63,288 bases of DNA from Negaprion brevirostris (taxonomy: Eukaryota). Below the pieces are notes generated by a model, which worked only from the letters and a program-made list of their open reading frames with translations, was not told the origin of the DNA and made no database searches. The position numbers were made by a program, and so were the translations under genes. Of this stretch, positions 50,994 to 63,214 are shown piece after piece. Where the stretch lies: positions 50,934,737 to 50,998,024 of the forward strand of contig JARDVH010000084.1 of NCBI GenBank assembly GCA_030324005.1, in the 5' to 3' direction. Position 1 is the stretch's first letter, and each line of letters starts with the position of its first letter.

Positions 50994-52474
50994 GTAAGTG
51001 TACCTTAATTCTTACAAACTAAATTGTATAAAAATGCTTTTTCATGCTTTTCTACATGAATCAATTGTTTGTTTCACAAGGTTTCCCTTGTTAATGTCAC
51101 CAGAATCTTGCTGTCTACATACCTTCTGAAATTGAGCAATACTTTGGCCCAGATCCTCTGAGACCAGACACGCCCCCATGATGTATCTCAATACACTGCA
51201 GAAGTTCCTGAATGCATTGGCTCCAAGGAAATTGCCTGGGAAGTTTTGAACTTCCAACAGACAATTCCCCTGTCCCTGGGACCCTCCAATGAAGTTTCCA
51301 ACTTGTAGCTAGAGTTGGAGACTTCAGTCCATTTCGATTTACTAACCTGAGTAATTAACCGGGAAATCTTGGACAGCAAAGTCTTGTACAGCAAAAACTC
51401 CTGGGTAACTATACAACCAACACTTAAAACTCCCCACTCAATTCACTGACTTCCACCACACCCTGACCATCTCCCATCCCCCCAAATTCTCACCAAGCCC
51501 ACCTGACTAGTCCCCACCATGTGATTTGCTCAACCTGATGTGACTAGTCCCTACCACCTGATCCACCCAACTCCTGAGTAACCTCCAACGTACAATGTCC
51601 CCCCTCAACTTCCCAACTCTCTGACACCCCAAATCCCCCTCCAACCTGACCTGATTCGCTCCCACCACTTGATTCCATCACATCACTCCACTGACCATCC
51701 CACTTCCATCCTCCCTAATCCAACATCCTGCCCCCAACAAGACCTGAATGGCCCCTAATTTAACAACCCCTTACAACCCGACAACCCCACAACCCAGTTA
51801 CTCTACCTATATAACCCACCTCCACCCTACCCACCTTACCCATTCACTGCACGCTGAAAACCTCTTCAAATGTCCCAGAAAATTGCAGGGCTGGATATGA
51901 CCGCCAGTGTTCTAAAAAAGACCGTGTGGTTTCTCTCCTTTCCCTACTCCAATGGTCCAGCACCACAGGAAAGCAATTCAGGTGAAAACATGCACTATAA
52001 AGGTCAATTTCTGAGCATTTTTATCTTGATGACATTATCTAAGTAGAACCAAGTTTGTGTTAATTATGTGGTAAATTAAACTCCAGTAAGAAATAATGAG
52101 GTAATAGTTCTTCCTTCCTGTCTACATACATGATGTTTTTATAAAAGAGCATGTATCTGGACGATAAATGTTTTGCTTAATGAAATATTAAGACATAGCC
52201 AAAATGAGCATCTATCAAGGTCTCATTGTAAATTTGCTTACTTTTAGAATTACACTCTTGTACCTCTCATTATAGAAAATGTTTTAATTAATTTCCACTT
52301 TTAGTACATAAATATTGCCTATAACAATTGAGGAAAAATGACCAAAGTGAAGTTCATTTGTTTTCACTATGTTTACATCTTAATCATCCCTTCAACCCCA
52401 ATTATCATCTCTGTGCATAGTGTAGTATCTTACCTTTTAAATCCAGAAATGCTTTCTGTAAAGTAATTTTGACA

Positions 52475-52970
52475 TGGAAAATAGAAGCAGGAGAAGTCCA
52501 TTTGGCTCCTCAAGCCTGCTCTGCCATTCACAATGATCATACCTGATCATCTTTCTTAACACCATACTCCCACACTTTTTGTTACTTTTAGTGTCTAGAA
52601 ATCCAACTTAAGTATATTCAGTGACTTGGCTTCCACTGCCTTCTGTTGCAAAGAATTCCACAGGTTCACTACCCTCTGAATGTTGAGACTTTTCCTCACC
52701 TCAGTCCTAAGTAGTCTATCCTGAGACCATGATCCTTTGTTCCAGACACCCTAGCCTAGAGGGAACATCATCTCTGCATCCAGTCTGTCCTGCCCTGTCA
52801 GAATTTTATACATTTCAGTGAGATCCCCTGTCATTCTTTTAAACTACAGTAAACATAGGCCTAATCAACCTAATTTCTCCTCGTATGACAATCCTGCTAT
52901 TCCAGGAGTCAGTCTGGTGAACCTTTGCTGCACTCCCTCTATGATAAGTATATCTTTTCTTTGGTGAGGA
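52475..52970 (-). mobile_element. CR1 LINE 3' end
   Basis: aatagaagcaggag...agaattccacaggttcactaccctctg...tggtgaacctttgctgcactcc. Confidence 0.85.
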
Positions 52971-53518
52971 TGATTTTAGTTCCTCCCTCTTACTTCACAG
53001 GCTGGCTTTGCCTCTGGAATTTTCCAGTGTTGTAAGATGGCACTCTGTCTTTCTCATGCAAAAGAAAAGTTGAAGGAAGCGGGCTCTGCTAACGTTGATA
53101 GCATGACTCAATGTACTATCAGACCCATAGTATTAATTGTGTGCTTTCATCTACATTTGCATGAAAGGGAAGTCAAATTGATAAAACAATGATCCATGCA
53201 TAATTTTACTCTGAAGCCCACATGTTCAAACTACGTTCTATAAATAAATAGCATGGCCTGATTACAACATTTAAGATCTGCAGACAAGACAACATTTGAC
53301 ATGAAGCTTAACAGATTCCTTTGCAAACAGCTAACTGAAATCTTAGGAGGTAGGCTGCCTGGTAGAAGGCTTGGATAGATGAGCAATATTTTGAAACTGA
53401 TCATGTAATTTTTGGGAAGTAGTAGGGTTATATTAAAAACATTAGATGATGTAGTTTTACAAAAAACGTAGCTAGCATGTGAGGAATTTTGAACTTGCCT
53501 TCTTTTGTTCTATTCCAG

Positions 53519-53530
53519 GAATCAACTTGA
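53519..53530 (+). CDS. ODR4: Probable terminal coding exon (EST*), followed by 3' UTR
   Basis: Strong acceptor ccttcttttgttctattccag|GAA TCA ACT TGA. Phase 0 matches the donor at 50994, and AATAAA lies about 100 bp downstream. Confidence 0.65.
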   Translation, partial: EST

Positions 53531-53627
53531 GTACTGATGAACAGTAATCCAACTCTTTTTTTCAAGGAACATATAAGATCCAGTTCCCATGCTTTTTTGA
53601 CTGAAACTGTATTCTCAGCTCCGTTTG

Positions 53628-53633
53628 AATAAA
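53628..53633 (+). promoter_or_regulatory. Candidate polyadenylation signal of the ODR4-family gene
   Basis: AATAAA about 100 bp after the predicted stop codon. Confidence 0.5.
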
Positions 53634-54387
53634 AGCATTACACAGAGAGAGAAGCAATGGATTTTGGTGCCGTTTTTAATCTTGTATTAATACCACAGAA
53701 CGGACAGGTTTTTCATCACTATTGACTGTTATAGTTGGTAATGAATCTGAATATATAAAGAAAAGTGACCACTTTTGATATTGTTCTTGCACTTACTGAA
53801 ATTGTTGGAGAATTATAATTACAGTATAAATCAAGCATTTTTATCTCTCTTTGCCTGATTATGATAGTCCATCTTTTTTAGGTAGGAGACACTGCAATCT
53901 ATAGATAATCAGAAACCACTGAGGGGTTTATTTACATTTACAGATGTCAGTCTCGGTGTTCGTAAAAGATTTTAAATTTGTTCCTTATGCTATCCAAACT
54001 TAGCCAGTATATTTTGGCTCCAAATAGCATGAGACCTACTTCAGCAGAGAAACTCATAACTTGGCAGTTATTAAGCAGGTATCTAAATGTTGCACGCAAA
54101 TTTCATGTTTCTGCTATCTCTCCCAAAGCTGTTTTGCACACTCATCCAATTCTTTTCTCTTACTTGGCTGCTGCTTGATGAGCAACTGAAAGCAGACCAA
54201 AGAGCTTTTCTCAAAAAAAGTGTTTCAATTCTAAGGTTGTTAATCTTCATTTTGGGCAGCAATGATGGAGCTAGATAAGCAAAAGATTAAATAAAGACTG
54301 CTGCTACTGATCATTTTTCATTGAACCCTTCTGCAAAACATGAATTAACAAACAGTTGAAGTAAATTTACAGACATCAAGGGGCCAT

Positions 54388-55073
54388 CAAGCAGCACTCC
54401 CAACCTTCCTGATTCCATTGCAGAGGTGGACTTTACAGATCTTTCCACAATTATGCCAGAATTGGACCCATTTTGTTAGAGGTGGTTCATAGCACCATAG
54501 AGGAGTTGTAAACTATGGGGGAACACTACTCCTGAGACATGCAACCAAATAAAAGCAGCCATTCAACAGTTTGTTTGAAACACAAATGAGTCATGAAAGT
54601 TGAGGAGGTCTCGATCCACCATATTTTCTCTCCAAGGATGGCAGCGGCAAGGAGTCGGCATGAAGTCTCTGGAGGCAGGTAATGTTGACGCAGCTTGGAG
54701 GGGTGTGCTGGCTTGTTTGTTTGACATCTTTATTAAGTTGTAGTAATCTGATTTTGAAGAGTTATTTTCAATGCTTATGCTTTTACACAAGATTAAAAGG
54801 ATAATAATGACCATCTTTTGCCATTAATGTTATGAATGATTGTGATTAATTGCCAGCTTTATGGGAAGGTTAAAGGGCAATGTATTTCAAAGGAACAGTT
54901 GAATGGCTGTTTTTCTTTGGTTGCTTTCTCAGGAGTAGTGTTCATCCATAGATGACAACTCCGCTGAGGTGCCGTGAACTAACTCTAACAGAATGGGTCC
55001 AATTCTGGCATAATTGTGGGAACATCTGAAATGTCCATCCCTGCAATGGAGTCAGGAATGCTGGGAGTGCTGT
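54388..55073. repeat. Long inverted repeat (about 190-bp arms, about 290-bp spacer); fold-back/MITE-like
   Basis: 54388-54587 is the diverged reverse complement of 54881-55073 (e.g. ccacaattatgccagaattggacccatt vs aatgggtccaattctggcataattgtgg). Confidence 0.85.
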
Positions 55074-55387
55074 TTACAAGTTGCCTACCCACACCCTTAA
55101 GTACATGTTTCCAGAAACGGGGATGGATCATGAAGCCCAGAATCAGGTCCTGTCCACACTTATTAAAGACCTCTCAAATCAGCCCGATTCCACCAATATC
55201 CAGGCTAAGGTAAGGACTGGTTTGCTCTTCTTCTAGCTGCGTGGGCTGATGACACAATACTCTTACTTGACAAATGAATTTGCCAATTCCATTGTGAGTT
55301 ACAGCTTTCCATAGCAGAACAAATTATTAATGCAGTAAGTTTTTAAATCAATCACTGTGAATGCATATCATCTTTTGAAGTGCATAC

Positions 55388-55940
55388 TCAAAGAACAAAG
55401 AAAATTACAGCCCGGGAACAGACCCTTCGGCCCTCTAAGCTTGCACTGACCATGTGCCTGACTGAACTAAAACCCCCTACCTTTCCGGGGACCATATCCC
55501 TCTATTCTCATCCTATTCATGTATTTGTCCAGATGCCCCTTAAATGTCACTATCGTATCTGCTTCCACTACCTCCCCCAGCAACAAGTTCCAAGCACCCA
55601 CCACCCTCATTACTGTCAGCAGAGAGGTAGTGCTTGATAGACTAATGAGACTGAAGGTGGACAAGTCCCCAAGACCAGATGGAATGCATCCCAGGGTTCT
55701 GAAAGAAATGGCAGAGGTGATAGTGGATGTCTTAGTAATTATTTGCCAAAATTCGCTGGACTGTGGGGAAGTGCCGGAAGAATGGAAATCGGCTAATGTT
55801 ACGCCGCTGTTNNNNNNNNNNNNNNNNNNNNNNNNNNNNNNNNNNNNNNNNNNNNNNNNNNNNNNNNNNNNNNNNNNNNNNNNNNNNNNNNNNNNNNNNN
55901 NNNNNNNNNNNTATTCATGTATTTGTCAAGACGCCCCTTA
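55388..55940. mobile_element. CR1 with internal inversion: 3' end on - (55388-55607) joined to an upstream ORF2 piece on + (55608-55811)
   Basis: - strand RVVGAWNLL..EVVEADTIVTFK; + strand LKVDKSPRPDGMHPRVLKE...VPEEWKSANVTPL. Confidence 0.8.
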
Positions 55941-56427
55941 AAAGTCCCATTTTTTTAAGGTACCTGTGATTTCTGCAGCCTTCCCTTACACATGGCCAAG
56001 TTTGTATAACTGCTGCACAGAGATGCTGCCAGCCATAGCAAAGCAGAAGTGAACTGGGAAGGCATTGGTTATTGTTTGTTTTATCAGCTAGCAGTGAATT
56101 TTGTATGCAGGATAAATGTACAATCAGTCAGTAATTACAGTAAAGCTGCTTTAGTAAATTAAACACTTCTGTGTGCTACACACATTGGTGGTTTGGTTTC
56201 CTGGGATGCAAATTTCAACGTGCGATATAAACCAGAATTATTTCTGATTACCCAATTACAGTTTAAGGAAGATAGCTTGATGTGCCTGTAGCTATTTTTA
56301 GCAAAGCATCCCTAGAGAAATAGTGGATTTTTTTTATGTTTCACTTTTTGCAAATTACCCTGCCTAGTAAAGACACCTCTAATGTAGAGAAGGGTACACC
56401 CTGCACCCAGGCTGCCAACTGTGCCAA

Positions 56428-56498
56428 TGGGGGCAGCATAGTGGCACAGTGGTTAGCACTCAGGTTCAAATCCTGGCTTGGGTCACTGTCTGTGTGGA
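56428..56498 (+). mobile_element. HE1-type SINE head running into a gap
   Basis: ggggcagcatagtggcacagtggttagcac...gggtcactgtctgtgtgga. Confidence 0.75.
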
Positions 56499-56979
56499 NN
56501 NNNNNNNNNNNNNNNNNNNNNNNNNNNNNNNNNNNNNNNNNNNNNNNNNNNNNNNNNNNNNNNNNNNNNNNNNNNNNNNNNNNNNNNNNNNNNNNNNNNN
56601 NNNNNNNNNNNNNNNNNNNNNNNNNNNNNNNNNNNNNNNNNNNNNNNNNNNNNNNNNNNNNNNNNNNNNNNNNNNNNNNNNNNNNNNNNNNNNNNNNNNN
56701 NNNNNNNNNNNNNNNNNNNNNNNNNNNNNNNNNNNNNNNNNNNNNNNNNNNNNNNNNNNNNNNNNNNNNNNNNNNNNNNNNNNNNNNNNNNNNNNNNNNN
56801 NNNNNNNNNNNNNNNNNNNNNNNNNNNNNNNNNNNNNNNNNNNNNNNNNNNNNNNNNNNNNNNNNNNNNNNNNNNNNNNNNNNNNNNNNNTAATGTGACA
56901 TTCACTGGGAACTCCAAGTAGTCTATATTGATAGTATCCATGGATCAAGACTGGGTACTAGAGATCCAACTCCAACTTC

Positions 56980-57520
56980 AGGGGCAACACAGTGGTTAGC
57001 ACTGATGCCTCAGCACCAGGGACCTGGGTTCAATTCCCAGTTTGGGTTACTATTTGTGTGGAGTTTGCATATTCTCTCCATGTCTGCATGTGTTTCCTCC
57101 TGGTGTTCCAGTTGCTTCCACAGTCTGAAAGACATGTTGGTTGTTTCCTCAGAAGGAACTCTTCAAAATGCAGCTAATGAAAATACAACAAAACTTACTC
57201 CAAACTTGGGGGCCGCGCCCTGGGCCGCTCCAAACTTCCCACAATTCTACATAGTTGCTTATTTATAATGAATCAGCTGGTCAGCTGTCTATTACATCAC
57301 CCTGTGATTGGTTCCATGTTTTATTAAGTTAGCTGACCCTTACATCTTGTTCCCATTGGTCACATAACATCCAATACAAAGTTGTCACTGGTTACATTCT
57401 AACACTGGTTAGGTGCATTGACCCAAACAGGTGCCATAGTGTGGCGACTAGGGGAATTTCACAGTAACTTCATTGCAATGGTAATGTAAGCCTTACTTGT
57501 GACTAATAAATAAACTTTTA
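56980..57520 (+). mobile_element. V-SINE variant split by a solo LTR
   Basis: Head and V-domain at 56980-57141; resumes at 57405 with ctggttaggtgcattgaccc...cttacttgtgactaataaataaac. Confidence 0.8.
57142..57404 (-). mobile_element. Solo LTR, 263 bp
   Basis: TGTT...AACA termini, 5-bp TSD ttggt/ctggt (57137-57141 and 57405-57409). The - strand has two CCAAT boxes followed by TATAAA. Confidence 0.85.
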
Positions 57521-57744
57521 CTTATATCAGCTCCGTGTACTTAAAATAGAATGCTATCTGCATAGCTGACGATAATATGCTGGTCATGACGTTGAATTCT
57601 GTTCAGCAAAACTAAATGTTTTGGATCTGCCTAACCAAAGTAAAGGTGCACATTCTATCTTAATTTTATGAATGGAATATTAAGAGTGTAATTATAGAAT
57701 GCTACTTGTGCCTCCGCTATTTACACTATCAATAATTTAAACAA

Positions 57745-58310
57745 GATGCTAAGAGGTTGCTTTCCCTTATTGGAGAATCTGGAACTAGGAAGTAAGATAA
57801 AGGGGTCAGCCATTTAGGGCTGAGATGAGAAGTCATTTTTTCAGACATAAGGTTTTGAATCTTTGGAAGAATAGATTTCTGGGCACCAAGAGAATTGAAA
57901 CATTAATAAAATACTTTTTAAGTAGAGGCAGTTGTAGGAAATATGACCACTGATTTTTGTACAGCAAGCTCTCACAACAAAAATGATAATGACCAGATGA
58001 TCTGTTCTTGTGATATTGAACGAGGGATAAATATTGTCCAGGACACAGGGGATAACTCCCCTGCTCTTTTTTTAAATGTTATTATGGGATTTTCTACATC
58101 CACCTGAAAGTGTGTACATCTTCAACAGGAGCACCATACTTCATTTTTGTGCTCATGTTCTGGAGTGAGATTTGAACTTTATGACTCCAAAGTGGGAATG
58201 TTACTGACTTAACCATGTAACTATGTAGAAGTACAGTCAAAACTTTTTGAATGTTGGTGTAACAGACTTGAGGGGTAGTATGACCTACTCCTGTACCTAC
58301 TTCTCATGTT
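57745..58310. mobile_element. CR1 3' end (+) interrupted by a Deu-domain SINE (-, about 57905-58215)
   Basis: gagggataaatattgtccaggacacagggg (Deu domain, reversed); CR1 tail acctactcctgtacctac. Confidence 0.7.
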
Positions 58311-61080
58311 TTTTGTAATAAATGTATAGATAGTAAATAAGGAATTAATGGGTCATGGCTTCTTAGCTCCCAGACATCATATTTGGGGTTATCTTGGGGA
58401 ATCTCTCTCGGACTAACTACCCTGGACAATTGTGCTGGGCTCAGAATCATTAAGAAAGCAATTTAAATATCTAACCACAGGACAGTTCTGTTAGTTTTAT
58501 CATCACAGATAGTCTGAATGATAAATATGAGTAACTATTTTAAAGAGCCAATCCAACCGCTCCCCCCAACATCTCACAGATCCAACTTATCTGGTCTGGC
58601 CCCCCTGCCCCATTCATTTACTTTTGAAATTTACCTTCTTCCTTTCAATGGTCCCTTTAAACTAACCATGTACCCGATTGCTGCACTCCATTTATATCTC
58701 ACTCAAACAGCCAGGGACATGCTTTACTTTTCTGTCCCATCTGGCTCGAGTGAGGAAGGTTAAGTGAGACAGGGGCTTTGGAATTACGACAATCTGCCAG
58801 TGATTGCCTCTCCCAGGAATTTGCAGGCCCATGTCAATATAAGGTTCCAGGTGAAGGCTAGCTGTTTTGACAACATCTCAGTTATTTGTGGAACTAAAAG
58901 TCAACTCCAGCAGTTCTAGTGCACCATCTATTTTGCCATAGAATTTGATGAGTGATTGGGTGATATGGCTGGTTTGCTTCCACATAATGCCATATTTTTT
59001 GGAAGGCTGTCCATCTCTTATTGGGTTCAAAATCCTGATTCCAATCTGAAGGCCTGTTTTATCAGTTCATTGTTACAGTATACAGGACAATAGATAATGG
59101 ACCACTTTCATAGCTGGCATTTAATATACAATAATAGACAAGATTGACTTCAAGATGCTTCTTTGAGGCCCACTAGCATCAATACCTTAGATGGTGAACC
59201 TTTCATGGCAATTCCAATGAGATGATTTTACAATCTGCTATACGATTTGTCAGCATATCATATTAACTTAGCTGTCTAACTTTGACGTCGTTGCTAGAGA
59301 TGCCCAACTTATATCTCATGAACTGCATGCAGCTCCCCTTTGGCTGAAGTGCAGGCTTGTGAGTACTTTGAGGTTGTTGTGTCAATAAACATAAATTAGC
59401 TATAAAAGTGAAAGGCATGATTAATCAGAAGAAATCATGCAATATTTTCCCTTTTAACTCTGCTAACCCTCTCTTGCCCTCTCTCTGTCTCTCTATATAT
59501 ATCTTTCTATAAATATATAATAAATCTTATACATGGTTTCTGTAAAACTGATGTCAACAGTTGCAATGAAATCTGTCTGTACCTTACATAATGGGGAAAT
59601 TAAGTTAAACATGTTAACATTTCATAATAGAAAAATCTTTTGCCATCATGGCTCATTGATAAACCAATCCAATTGGTGAAAGCACTTCTTTAAAAAGCCA
59701 CCTTTTTCTGAGTCGCTAATAATTCTAATATTGTATCGAAAATATAGCTTCAAATAAAAATGTACGCTTTTTACAATATTATGCATACTTTTATTGATTG
59801 AATTGTTCTTTATGTCCTAACAGATTGCCCTTGAAGGCTTTGACCTCTCTCAAACCGGGCTCAGGCTTGTTATTCTTGCCCAAAACTGAGATTCCATGAG
59901 CTGGGCGCAAACTCTGCAGTCTAAATGTCTGCAGTGTGCAGAAGGATGTTTCACTAAAAGGAGATGGTGGAATGCTTCCCTCATAGTCTCTGATAAAAAT
60001 TTGTGTGATTGTTTCTCCAAGTTGTTTGAAGAAAAGATGAGGGACATGTATCAAAATCTCTTTTAAGATAAAATTTGTGCTAGTAAATAGTAAGCAGTTG
60101 CCCAATTTGGCAAGGAAGGCTTTCCTCACGGCAAGCTCTTGCGTGCTGGTGCCAATGAATAATTAAAGAATTTAACTCCTCTTTGGCCAAAGGGTACCCT
60201 GGAGTTACCCTACCCTGTTGTTGCTGTTTAAATTTATTACATTCTTCCCCAGCTCCCAACTCTGTATAGTTTGGTGGGTTTCAGCAGTCTCAGGTGAATA
60301 TGCCTAAACAATTTCAGAGCCTACATTTTTCAAAATAACATGAGGTAAATCTATCTAATTCTCTCTTATCTCTTTGATGATATGTTTTAGTTCAAGTACT
60401 CAGTCTTAGTCCCCAAAGGTTTAGGATGAGATTTGATATTTTTATTCAGTGCTGTGATTATGTTTTTAAAAAATGCAGGTGCCACAGTCTAAGCAGTATG
60501 CAAGGTTACTAATTGCCCAGGACGCATCAGTACCATTTANNNNNNNNNNNNNNNNNNNNNNNNNNNNNNNNNNNNNNNNNNNNNNNNNNNNNNNNNNNNN
60601 NNNNNNNNNNNNNNNNNNNNNNNNNNNNNNNNNNNNNNNNNNNNNNNNNNNNNNNNNNNNNNNNNNNNNNNNNNNNNNNNNNNNNNNNNNNNNNNNNNNN
60701 NNNNNNNNNNNNNNNNNNNNNNNNNNNNNNNNNNNNNNNNNNNNNNNNNNNNNNNNNNNNNNNNNNNNNNNNNNNNNNNNNNNNNNNNNNNNNNNNNNNN
60801 NNNNNNNNNNNNNNNNNNNNNNNNNNNNNNNNNNNNNNNNNNNNNNNNNNNNNNNNNNNNNNNNNNNNNNNNNNNNNNNNNNNNNNNNNNNNNNNNNNNN
60901 NNNNNNNNNNNNNNNNNNNNNNNNNNNNNNNNNNNNNNNNNNNNNNNNNNNNNNNNNNNNNNNNNNNNNNNNNNNNNNNNNNNNNNNNNNNNNNNNNNNN
61001 NNNNNNNNNNNNNNNNNNNNNNNNNNNNNNNNNNNNNNNNNNNNNNNNNNNNNNNNNNNNNNNNNNNNNNNNNNNNNNNN

Positions 61081-61435
61081 CCTTTCCTCATAAGACCTAC
61101 CCTCCAAGGCAGCATCCTGGTAAATCTCCTCTGCACGCTCTCCAACGCTTCCACATCCTTCTTATAGTGAGGTGACCAGAACTGCACACACTGTTCCAAA
61201 AGTGGTGTCACCAAGGTCCTTTATAGTTGCAAGATAACCCCACAGCTCTTAAACTCAAACCACCTGTTAATAAATGCTAACACACTATAGGCATTCTTCA
61301 TGGCTCTATCCACTTGAGTGGCAACCTTCAGAGATCTGTGGATATGAACCCCAAGATCTCTTGTTCCTCCACGTTCCTCAGAACTCTGCCGTTGACCCTG
61401 TAATCCACATTCAAGTTTGCCCTACCAAAATGAAT
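61081..61435 (-). mobile_element. CR1 LINE ORF2 fragment
   Basis: [31 protein letters not shown]. Confidence 0.9.
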
Positions 61436-61799
61436 CAAGGTTTATTATAAAAATAAAGGTTTATTATAAATATATTGAAGAGAATAACATGCTGCACATA
61501 TTTAACTTTGCATTTAGACTTGTGTAGTTTCATCTTTACATCTAGCAGGGGTTAAAACTATACATTGTACTGTAGACATATGCTTTCTGTGCAGTTCCAT
61601 ATGATGAATTAACATTGAACAAGTTTGTAAGGTAAAACAGAGTTAGAGGGTGGGGTTTGGGTGGTGGGGGAGGTATAATTAGACCATAAGTGCAACATAT
61701 AGAGAATAAATGTTGGAAAAATATTTTGAAGTAAATGAATTTCAAACATAAATGATTGAATAAAAGCTTTAGCATCTGTCTCAAGGATCTCCGTCTCTG

Positions 61800-62778
61800 G
61801 TGTTCCTCCGGGATCTTTGCTGTTTGTGATATACATGTAAATGATTTTGAGAAAAATGTAACTGGATTGATTAGTAAATTTATGAACGACGCAAAGGTTG
61901 GTGGATTTGTGGATAACAATGAGAACCATCAGAGATACAGCAGGATATAGATCAGTTGGAGACTTGGGCGGAGAGATGGCAGATGGAGTTTAATCCAGNN
62001 NNNNNNNNATGTGAGGTAATGCATTTTGTAAGGTCTAATACAGATAGGAAATATACAGTAAATGGCAGAACCCTTAAAAGTATTGATAGGCAAAGGGATC
62101 TGAGAGTACAGGTACACAGGTCACTGAAAGTGGCAATGCGAGTGGAGAAGGTAGTCAAGACAGCATACGGCATGCTTGCCTTTATTGACCGGGGTATTGA
62201 GTTTAAAATTTGGCAAATCATGTTGCAGCTTTTTAGAACCTTTGTTAGGCCGCACATGGAATATAGTGTTCAGTTGTGGTCACCACACTACCAGAAGGAT
62301 GTGGAGACTTTGGAGAGAGTACAGAAAAGATTTACCAGGATGTTGCTTGGTATGGCATTAATTATGAGGAGAGGTTGGAGAAACTTGGTGTGTTCTCACT
62401 GGAGCAATGAAGGTTGAAGGACGATCTGATAGAAGTCTACAAGATTGTGAGAGGCATGGACAGAGTAGATAGAGGCTTTTTCCCAGGGTGGAAGAGTCAA
62501 TTATTAGGAGGCACAGATTTAAGGTGTGAGAGTTTAAAGGAGATGTACGAGGCATATTTTTTACATATAATGAGTGCCTGGAACTCATTGCCAGAGGAAG
62601 TAGTGGAAGCAGATACGGTAGTGACTTTTAAGGAGTGTCTTGACAAGTACATGAATAGGATAGGAATGGAGGGTCCCTGGAAGGATGGGGGGTTTTAGTT
62701 AAGTTGGGCAACATGGTCTGTGCAGGCTTGGAAGGCCGAAGGGCCTGTTCCTGTGCTGCAAATTTCTTTGTTCTTTGT
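61800..62778 (+). mobile_element. CR1 LINE 3' portion
   Basis: WAERWQMEFNP..CEVMHF...QLWSPHYQKDVETLERVQKRFTRML; tail ggccgaagggcctgttcctgtgctg. Confidence 0.92.
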
Positions 62779-63214
62779 CTCCATGTTTGCAAAACTGAGC
62801 TGAAAATTTTCACCTGACTTTTCTTTGATTGCATAGAGGCAGTTTCCATGCTCAATATGAGCACAAAAATTAATAATGAAAAAGTTGACATAATAAGTAA
62901 TGAAAATATGACAATATGAAATTAAGTAACTCAGCTAAGAAATGTATATTGCAGATATAAGGGGTTACTCATCTCTGCTTTTCACAATTAGGACAGAGTT
63001 ATGAAACTCGCAATTCCAAAGCCTGGTGGTGGTTCTTAACCAGCCATGGGAGTAATTTTCAACTTTTCCTTGGCATTAACTTGATAGAGCAAGTCATCTG
63101 CTTGTTTCCATCTACTTTTTGTTGCATAGAAAATAACTCCAATGATTTATGAAACAGACCTGCTGGAAGATAATTTAGTCTTGTCAAGAACTAAATGCCC
63201 TGGGCTTAATTTGA

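Noticed and set aside
59791-60129. 112-aa minus-strand ORF as the last exon of a neighbouring gene
   Set aside because: No recognisable homology or convincing acceptor. A BLASTp hit or spliced reads would reopen it.
61437-61470. Short tandem duplication aaggtttattataaa at a CR1 junction
   Set aside because: Ordinary slippage or insertion-junction duplication.
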